From NCBI RefSeq assembly GCF_000195955.2, contig NC_000962.3:3060001-3092000 (forward strand): a stretch of DNA of 32,000 nt, given 5' to 3'. A program made the translations under genes and the position numbers. This stretch comes from Mycobacterium tuberculosis H37Rv (GTDB lineage Bacteria; Actinomycetota; Actinomycetes; Mycobacteriales; Mycobacteriaceae). The notes beneath the pieces are model-generated. The model ran no database searches and had not been told where the DNA came from. It saw only the letters and a list, made by a program, of their open reading frames with translations. This document shows, piece after piece, positions 25,713 through 32,000 of the stretch (positions are counted from its first letter, which is position 1; each line of letters starts with the position of its first letter).

Positions 25713-26183
25713 CTACCCGGCCTCAGCTCGGTCCTTGAGACGCTGCAGGGTGCGTCGAATGTGCTCGGTGTTTACGCTCGCCCGATCCTTGACGCCGGTG
25801 GCCATCCGGGCAACTGCGCGGAACCAGCTGGGCCGCCGGTCCCAGGTGCTCTCCGTAACCCGACAGCCGTGTTCGGTAGCGACGATGCCATATTGCCAGC
25901 GTGAAATCGGAATAATGCCGGACCGTACATCGAAAGCGAAAACCCGACCGGGATCGGCGTCGGTAACGGTGCACGTCGTGGTCCAGCGCCGTCCACCGTT
26001 TTCGTTGCGACCGACAAACACCGCTCCCTTGCGAACATCGTCGCCTTTGCGCAACTGCATCGCCACCACTTCCTCGGCCAGCGAGGCCAGTGTCGGCAGA
26101 TCAGTGATCAGCCCGTATACCAGGTCGGGATTGGCGTCGATCTCAACGGTGACCGTCACAGAAGGCCCATCAGGGTCTGGCAT
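25713..26183 (-). CDS. SRPBCC (START/Bet v1/polyketide-cyclase-like) ligand-binding protein (156 aa, Rv2778c-like)
   Basis: VTVEIDANPDLVYGLITDLPTLASL...W..TCTVTDADPGRVFAF follows the SRPBCC pattern. It is a clean ORF. Confidence 0.8.
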   Translation of the reverse strand: MPDPDGPSVTVTVEIDANPDLVYGLITDLPTLASLAEEVVAMQLRKGDDVRKGAVFVGRNENGGRRWTTTCTVTDADPGRVFAFDVRSGIIPISRWQYGIVATEHGCRVTESTWDRRPSWFRAVARMATGVKDRASVNTEHIRRTLQRLKDRAEAG

Positions 26184-26214
26184 CCCGCGATCATAGCCCG
26201 CTGGGCGGGCCGCT

Positions 26215-26754
26215 CTAGATGGGCGCCGCCCCGCGCAGATGCTCGAAGATCAGGGACGTCTGGGTACCTGCGACGTCGGCGTCGGCATTGAGGTTTTCGA
26301 CCACGAACGAACGCAGGTCCTCGGTGTCGCGAGCGGCGACGTGCAAGATGAAATCGTCGGCGCCGGCCAGAAAGTAGACATCCATCACCTGCCGTTTGCG
26401 GCGGATCTGCTGGATGAAGCTGCGGATTTTCCCGCGAGCGGACGACTGCAAGTTGACCGAGATCATCGCCTGCAACGGCAAACCCACCGCGACCGGGTCG
26501 ATGTCGGTGTAGAACCCCCGGATCACGCCGAGGTCCACCAACCGCCGAACCCGGCCGTGACACGTCGACGGCGCTATCCCGACAGTGTCCGCTAACGCGT
26601 TGTTGGGCATTCTGGCATCGCCATGCAGCAAGCTCAGGATTCTGCGGTCCACCTCATCAAGTTCAGCGGGTCGAACATCCTTCGACGAGGCAGCCCGGCG
26701 AGTCTTGTGTTCCGTTGAATTATCACGCATATGGCCTCGAAAAAGAATTATCAT
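26215..26754 (-). CDS. aldR: Lrp/AsnC-family transcriptional regulator divergent from ald (start uncertain: 26760, 26754 or 26730)
   Basis: The HTH_AsnC domain is LDEVDRRILSLLHGDARMPNNALADTVGIAPSTCHGRVRRLVDLGVIRGF, followed by a RAM/AsnC_trans_reg effector domain. The first 10 codons of the long forms are unusually AT-rich, so ATG 26730 (MRDNSTEH...) is a realistic alternative. Confidence 0.88.
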   Translation of the reverse strand: MIILFRGHMRDNSTEHKTRRAASSKDVRPAELDEVDRRILSLLHGDARMPNNALADTVGIAPSTCHGRVRRLVDLGVIRGFYTDIDPVAVGLPLQAMISVNLQSSARGKIRSFIQQIRRKRQVMDVYFLAGADDFILHVAARDTEDLRSFVVENLNADADVAGTQTSLIFEHLRGAAPI

Positions 26755-26776
26755 CAGCAATCTTGCAGATTAATCG
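26717..26776. promoter_or_regulatory. three AT-rich (near-)palindromic boxes GAWTWATC in the aldR / ald divergent control region
   Basis: GAATTATC at 26717-26724, GAATTATC at 26745-26752, and GATTAATC (a perfect palindrome) at 26768-26775. They are followed by TACAGT (TANNNT) and the SD GAGAGGGG before ald ATG 26820. Confidence 0.5.
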
Positions 26777-26819
26777 AACTTTCTTCATACTGAAGCGTAC
26801 AGTATCGAGAGGGGTAATC

Positions 26820-27935
26820 ATGCGCGTCGGTATTCCGACCGAGACCAAAAACAACGAATTCCGGGTGGCCATCACCCCGGCCGGCGTCGCGGAACTAACC
26901 CGTCGTGGCCATGAGGTGCTCATCCAGGCAGGTGCCGGAGAGGGCTCGGCTATCACCGACGCGGATTTCAAGGCGGCAGGCGCGCAACTGGTCGGCACCG
27001 CCGACCAGGTGTGGGCCGACGCTGATTTATTGCTCAAGGTCAAAGAACCGATAGCGGCGGAATACGGCCGCCTGCGACACGGGCAGATCTTGTTCACGTT
27101 CTTGCATTTGGCCGCGTCACGTGCTTGCACCGATGCGTTGTTGGATTCCGGCACCACGTCAATTGCCTACGAGACCGTCCAGACCGCCGACGGCGCACTA
27201 CCCCTGCTTGCCCCGATGAGCGAAGTCGCCGGTCGACTCGCCGCCCAGGTTGGCGCTTACCACCTGATGCGAACCCAAGGGGGCCGCGGTGTGCTGATGG
27301 GCGGGGTGCCCGGCGTCGAACCGGCCGACGTCGTGGTGATCGGCGCCGGCACCGCCGGCTACAACGCAGCCCGCATCGCCAACGGCATGGGCGCGACCGT
27401 TACGGTTCTAGACATCAACATCGACAAACTTCGGCAACTCGACGCCGAGTTCTGCGGCCGGATCCACACTCGCTACTCATCGGCCTACGAGCTCGAGGGT
27501 GCCGTCAAACGTGCCGACCTGGTGATTGGGGCCGTCCTGGTGCCAGGCGCCAAGGCACCCAAATTAGTCTCGAATTCACTTGTCGCGCATATGAAACCAG
27601 GTGCGGTACTGGTGGATATAGCCATCGACCAGGGCGGCTGTTTCGAAGGCTCACGACCGACCACCTACGACCACCCGACGTTCGCCGTGCACGACACGCT
27701 GTTTTACTGCGTGGCGAACATGCCCGCCTCGGTGCCGAAGACGTCGACCTACGCGCTGACCAACGCGACGATGCCGTATGTGCTCGAGCTTGCCGACCAT
27801 GGCTGGCGGGCGGCGTGCCGGTCGAATCCGGCACTAGCCAAAGGTCTTTCGACGCACGAAGGGGCGTTACTGTCCGAACGGGTGGCCACCGACCTGGGGG
27901 TGCCGTTCACCGAGCCCGCCAGCGTGCTGGCCTGA
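26820..27935 (+). CDS. ald: L-alanine dehydrogenase (371 aa, intact)
   Basis: ATG 26820 (MRVGIPTETKNNEFRVAITPAG...). The NAD motif is VVVIGAGTAGYNAA. The first 35 codons of track ORF 26715-27935 cross the AT-rich promoter region and are rejected. Confidence 0.94.
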   Translation: MRVGIPTETKNNEFRVAITPAGVAELTRRGHEVLIQAGAGEGSAITDADFKAAGAQLVGTADQVWADADLLLKVKEPIAAEYGRLRHGQILFTFLHLAASRACTDALLDSGTTSIAYETVQTADGALPLLAPMSEVAGRLAAQVGAYHLMRTQGGRGVLMGGVPGVEPADVVVIGAGTAGYNAARIANGMGATVTVLDINIDKLRQLDAEFCGRIHTRYSSAYELEGAVKRADLVIGAVLVPGAKAPKLVSNSLVAHMKPGAVLVDIAIDQGGCFEGSRPTTYDHPTFAVHDTLFYCVANMPASVPKTSTYALTNATMPYVLELADHGWRAACRSNPALAKGLSTHEGALLSERVATDLGVPFTEPASVLA

Positions 27936-27949
27936 CTCTCGGCCGCTCG

Positions 27950-28984
27950 TTACGCCGAGCACACGTCGGGAGTAAGGGAAGCGATGATGTCGGCCGCGGG
28001 TCCCGGCCGGGTCTTCCGGTGCGCCGATCCCGCCCAAAGGTTTGTTCCGTGCGGGTCGTCCGCCTGCACCGCCGCCGCCCGTATCGGCTTCGTCATCTGG
28101 TGGACCTCCGGATAACCCAGCGGCGCCACGTGGTCGAGCAGGCGAGTGAAGTTGTTGGCCAGACCGCGCGCATACCTACCCGAGAACGCCCGAGTGACCA
28201 GGGTGGCATCGAACTCTGGATTCTTCAGCGCGGCACGGTGTGCGGCATTGGTACCGGCTTCGTCGGCCAGCAGCAATGCGGTACCAACCTGCGCGGCGAT
28301 CGCTCCGCGGCGCAGCACGGCGGCCACGTCCTCAGCCGTGCCCAGGCCACCGGCTGCAACCAGCGGCACATCATGGGCGCTGCCAATCCGATCGAGGAGT
28401 TGGTGCAGCGACTCCGTACCGGGTTCCATGTCCGGCGCGAACGTTCCGCGGTGCCCGCCGGCAGCCGGGCCCTGGACCACCAGGCTGTCCGCGCCCGCGG
28501 CAATGGCCACACCGGCCTCGTAGACCGACGTCACGGTGATCGAGACCAACAGTCCCAGCGCGCTCAACCGCTGCACGACATCCGGCGGCGGCGCGCCGAA
28601 GGTGAACGACACCACCTCCGGACGAACATCGGCTACCACCTCGAGTTTGCGCACCCAGTCGTCGTCGTCACCATAGACGGGCTGGCCCACCTCGGTGTGG
28701 TAGTACTCGGCGACCTCTTCGAGCTCGTCCGCGTAATACTCCAGCTGCGCCCAGTCGGCGACGCTGGGTTGGGGCACAAACAGATTGGCTCCGATAGGAC
28801 CGGTAGTGGCGGCGCGCGCAGCGGCGATATCGTCGGCGAGCCGGTCCGCGCTCAGATAGCCGCCGGCGACGAAACCAAGCCCGCCAGCGTTGGACACCGC
28901 CGCGGCCAACGCCGGGGTGCTCGGGCCGCCGGCCATCGGGGCGCCGACGATCGGCACCGCGATGTCCCAGAAGCCCAACACCAT
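27950..28984 (-). CDS. FMN-dependent nitronate monooxygenase / 2-nitropropane dioxygenase family protein (344 aa, Rv2781c-like)
   Basis: IVGAPMAGGPSTPALAAAVSNAGGLGFVAGG and VVQGPAAGGHRG motifs are typical of NMO TIM-barrel enzymes. Confidence 0.88.
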   Translation of the reverse strand: MVLGFWDIAVPIVGAPMAGGPSTPALAAAVSNAGGLGFVAGGYLSADRLADDIAAARAATTGPIGANLFVPQPSVADWAQLEYYADELEEVAEYYHTEVGQPVYGDDDDWVRKLEVVADVRPEVVSFTFGAPPPDVVQRLSALGLLVSITVTSVYEAGVAIAAGADSLVVQGPAAGGHRGTFAPDMEPGTESLHQLLDRIGSAHDVPLVAAGGLGTAEDVAAVLRRGAIAAQVGTALLLADEAGTNAAHRAALKNPEFDATLVTRAFSGRYARGLANNFTRLLDHVAPLGYPEVHQMTKPIRAAAVQADDPHGTNLWAGSAHRKTRPGPAADIIASLTPDVCSA

Positions 28985-29044
28985 CGGGCTAATTCGCCGA
29001 CGGCGAGCGCCGGCACGGCGCGAGTGAGGAAGCGGACATTTGAG

Positions 29045-30361
29045 CTACCCTACCATCGCTCGAAGTTGTTGCGGCAGTGATCGTTTCGATCCGTGTGGGC
29101 CAAGAACGGCAGCACCGTAGCGCCTGCTCAGCAGGTGGCGGGCCACCGCGTTGACCTCCTCCACGGTGACCTGCTCGATTTGCCGCAAGGTGTGTTCGAT
29201 GCTGCGGTGCTTGCCGTAGTTCAACTCGCTGCGGCCGAGCCGGCTCATCCGGGAGCTGGAATCCTCCAGCCCTAGCACCAGCCCACCCCGCAGCGATCCC
29301 TTGGCGATGCCGCATTCCGCCTCGGTGATGCCGTCGCGTGCCACGCTTTCCAGCACATCGGCGGTCACCCGCATCACGTCGGCGAAGCGTTCGGGCAGGC
29401 AGGCCGCGTACACCGAAAGCGCGCCGCTGTCGGCGAAGAGATCCAGCGCGGAGTAGACCGAGTAGGCCAGCCCGCGGGTCTCGCGGACCTCCTGGAACAG
29501 CCGGGAACTCAAGCCACCGCCCAGCGCGGTGTGCAGCACCGACAGTGCCCAACGATGCTCCCAGCCGCGCCCGGGTGTGCGGATGCCCAGCGACACATGC
29601 GTCTGTTCGGCGTCGCGGCTAACCAGTGTCAACCGGGGGCTGCCGTTGACCCGGCCGGTACCCTTGCGCGGCGCAACTGGCCGTCTCCCCCGGACCAACC
29701 GGGACCCGAAGTGCTCGCGGACCAACGCAACCAGCCCGTCGTGATCCACATTGCCGGCGGCCGCGACGACCATCCGCTCCGGGGTATAGCGCCGCAGGTG
29801 AAACGATTGCAGTTGAGCCCGCGTCATCACCGACACGGATTGCGCGCTGCCGATCACCGGGCGACCGACCGGGTGGTCGCCGAACAACGCCGCCAGGAAC
29901 ATGTCCGCCAAGGCGTCCTCGGGGTCGTCGTCGCGCATCGCGATCTCCTCGAGGACGACGTCACGTTCCACCTCGACATCGTCGGCGGCACAGCGGCCGT
30001 TGAGCACCACATCGGCGACCAGGTCGACGGCCAACGGCAAGTCGCTGCCGAGCACGTGGGCGTAGTAGCAGGTGTGCTCCTTGGCGGTGAATGCGTTCAG
30101 TTCCCCGCCCACCGCGTCCATCGCCTGCGCAATGTCCACGGCAGAGCGGGTGGGCGTCGACTTGAACAGCAAATGCTCAAGGAAGTGCGCCGCCCCGGCC
30201 ACCGTGGCGCCTTCGTCGCGCGATCCGACGCCGACCCACACCCCGACCGACGCGGAGTGCACCGCGGGCAGGAATTCGGTGACCACTCGCAGCCCGCCCG
30301 GCAGGGTGGTGCGCCGCGGCGCCAGCGCCGCCGCGGGGTCAGCTGGTGACCGTCGCGGCAT
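29045..30361 (-). CDS. pepR: M16-family zinc metalloprotease (438 aa)
   Basis: Inverted zinc motif [11 protein letters not shown] (HxxEH) plus a downstream Glu. ATG 30361 lies 23 nt inside the 3' end of the PNPase gene. Confidence 0.9.
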   Translation of the reverse strand: MPRRSPADPAAALAPRRTTLPGGLRVVTEFLPAVHSASVGVWVGVGSRDEGATVAGAAHFLEHLLFKSTPTRSAVDIAQAMDAVGGELNAFTAKEHTCYYAHVLGSDLPLAVDLVADVVLNGRCAADDVEVERDVVLEEIAMRDDDPEDALADMFLAALFGDHPVGRPVIGSAQSVSVMTRAQLQSFHLRRYTPERMVVAAAGNVDHDGLVALVREHFGSRLVRGRRPVAPRKGTGRVNGSPRLTLVSRDAEQTHVSLGIRTPGRGWEHRWALSVLHTALGGGLSSRLFQEVRETRGLAYSVYSALDLFADSGALSVYAACLPERFADVMRVTADVLESVARDGITEAECGIAKGSLRGGLVLGLEDSSSRMSRLGRSELNYGKHRSIEHTLRQIEQVTVEEVNAVARHLLSRRYGAAVLGPHGSKRSLPQQLRAMVG

Positions 30362-32000
30362 CGGTAGCGGCGGCGGTGCTGTCCTCGTCGGCGACCAGGA
30401 TCAGGGAGATCTTGCCCCGTTTGTCGATGTCGGCGATCTCCACCCGCAGCTTGTCACCGACATTGACAACGTCCTCGACCTTCGCGATGCGCTTGCCCTT
30501 GCCGAGTTTGGAAATGTGCACCAGACCGTCGCGGCCAGGCAGCAACGATACAAAGGCACCGAAATCGGTGGTCTTGACCACGGTTCCGAGGAACCGTTCG
30601 CCCACCGTCGGCAGCTGCGGGTTGGCGATGGCGTTGATCTTGTCGATCGCGGCCTGTGCCGATGGCCCGTCGGTGGCGCCGACGAACACGGTGCCGTCGT
30701 CTTCGATGGAGATCTGCGCGCCGGTCTCCTCGGTGATGGCGTTGATGACCTTGCCCTTGGGTCCGATGACCTCCCCGATCTTGTCCACCGGAACCTTGAT
30801 GGTGGTCACCCGCGGGGCGTAGGGACTCATTTCGTCGGGTCTATCGATGGCCTCAGCCATCACCTCCAAGATCGTGAGGCGGGCGTCCTTGGCCTGCTCG
30901 AGTGCTCCGGCAAGCACCTGCGAAGGGATCCCGTCGAGCTTGGTGTCCAGCTGCAGCGCGGTGACGAAGTCCTTGGTCCCGGCGACCTTGAAGTCCATGT
31001 CACCGAACGCGTCTTCGGCGCCGAGGATGTCGGTGAGGGTGACGAAGCGACGCTCCACAACGCCGTCGACCGCCCCTTCTACTTGAATGTCGTCGGAGAC
31101 CAGGCCCATCGCGATGCCGGCCACCGGCGCCTTGAGCGGCACCCCGGCGTTGAGCAGCGCCAGCGTCGACGCGCACACCGACCCCATCGAGGTCGACCCG
31201 TTGGAGCCCAGAGCCTCCGACACCTGGCGAATGGCATACGGGAATTCCTCGACGCTCGGCAACACCGGCACCAGGGCCCGCTCGGCCAGTGCGCCGTGCC
31301 CGATCTCACGCCGCTTGGGCGAACCGACCCGACCGGTCTCGCCGGTGGAGAACGGCGGGAAGTTGTAGTGGTGCATGTACCGCTTCGATGTCTCCGGCCC
31401 CAACGAGTCGATCTGCTGGGCCATCTTGATCATGTCGAGTGTGGTCACACCCAGGATCTGGGTTTCGCCGCGTTCGAACAGCGCGCTGCCGTGCGCGCGC
31501 GGAACCACGGCCACCTCGGCCGACAATGCGCGAATGTCGGTGATGCCGCGGCCGTCGATACGGAAATGGTCGGTGAGGATGCGCTGCCGAACCAGCTTTT
31601 TGGTCAGGGCACGCAACGCGGCGCCGACCTCCTTTTCGCGACCCTCGTAGGTGTCGGCGAGCCGCTGCACAACCTGGGTCTTGATTTCGTCGATGCGCTG
31701 GTCGCGCTCGGCTTTACCGCCGATGGTCAACGCGGCGGCCAACTCGTCGGTGGCCACCGAGGACACCGAGTAGTACACGTCTTCGCCGTAGTCAGGGAAC
31801 ACCGGGAAGTCGACGGTCGGTTTGCCCGACTTTCCAGCGGCATCGGCAAGCTCCTGCTGCGCGGTGCACAGCGCGGCGATAAACGGCTTGGCCGCCTCCA
31901 GGCCCGCGGCCACCACGCTTTCCGTCGGCGCTTGGGCACCACCTTCGACGAGCTCGACGACGTTTTCGGTGGCCTCGGCTTCGACCATCATGATGGCAAC
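30339..32000 (-). CDS. gpsI: polyribonucleotide nucleotidyltransferase / guanosine pentaphosphate synthetase (C-terminal ~553 codons; 5' end beyond the window)
   Basis: It has a second RNase PH domain, a KH domain ([34 protein letters not shown]) and an S1 domain ([30 protein letters not shown]). The reading frame stays open to position 32000, so the track's Met at 31991 is internal. Confidence 0.93.
   Translation of the reverse strand, partial: VAIMMVEAEATENVVELVEGGAQAPTESVVAAGLEAAKPFIAALCTAQQELADAAGKSGKPTVDFPVFPDYGEDVYYSVSSVATDELAAALTIGGKAERDQRIDEIKTQVVQRLADTYEGREKEVGAALRALTKKLVRQRILTDHFRIDGRGITDIRALSAEVAVVPRAHGSALFERGETQILGVTTLDMIKMAQQIDSLGPETSKRYMHHYNFPPFSTGETGRVGSPKRREIGHGALAERALVPVLPSVEEFPYAIRQVSEALGSNGSTSMGSVCASTLALLNAGVPLKAPVAGIAMGLVSDDIQVEGAVDGVVERRFVTLTDILGAEDAFGDMDFKVAGTKDFVTALQLDTKLDGIPSQVLAGALEQAKDARLTILEVMAEAIDRPDEMSPYAPRVTTIKVPVDKIGEVIGPKGKVINAITEETGAQISIEDDGTVFVGATDGPSAQAAIDKINAIANPQLPTVGERFLGTVVKTTDFGAFVSLLPGRDGLVHISKLGKGKRIAKVEDVVNVGDKLRVEIADIDKRGKISLILVADEDSTAAATDAATVTS

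Noticed and set aside
27938-27959. Hairpin CTCGGC-N10-GCCGAG between the convergent ald and nitronate monooxygenase stops
   Set aside because: The stem is only 6 bp and overlaps a stop codon, which is too weak to call a terminator.
27125-29080. 651-aa plus-strand ORF
   Set aside because: It is off-frame within ald and antisense to the nitronate monooxygenase gene. It is extremely Arg-rich (RRRR runs) with no motifs.

Overview
This is a high-GC (about 65%) actinobacterial chromosome segment. From the encoded proteins and gene order I recognise it as the Mycobacterium tuberculosis complex region running from ftsK (Rv2748c) to gpsI/pnp (Rv2783c). That identification is from memory, not a database search.

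I support about 38 protein-coding genes, most on the minus strand:
- Housekeeping: ftsK, RNase J, dapA, dapB, thyX, thyA, dfrA, ald with its Lrp/AsnC regulator, pepR and PNPase.
- A 5.2 kb accessory block between dfrA and thyX. It holds an hsdR-less type I R-M system (hsdS, hsdM, a truncated hsdS.1), two intact vapBC toxin-antitoxin pairs, a previously unlisted vapC 3' stump and a YcaQ-like gene fragment.
- A PPE44-PE27-PPE43 cluster.
- Several small tailoring or redox cassettes.

I found no rRNA, tRNA, CRISPR array, IS element, integrase or prophage gene. Many long track ORFs are antisense or off-frame shadows typical of GC-rich DNA and were rejected. Several true starts are internal GTG/ATG codons, not the longest ORF.

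I do not see a convincing wholly new multi-gene system. The best leads are:
1. The eroded R-M/TA island that splits the two thymidylate-synthase operons.
2. HsdM carrying N-L-P-F instead of the canonical N-P-P-F catalytic motif.
3. A start-less PIN-toxin remnant that supplies the apparently leaderless thyX promoter.
4. An annotated 'hydrolase' with a duplicated E-x30-36-E-x-x-H signature next to a PDR-type reductase, which may be an uncharacterised two-component di-iron oxygenase.
5. PE27 carrying the C-terminal module of the neighbouring SVP-type PPE proteins.
6. Several short perfect tandem duplications and operator-like repeats.
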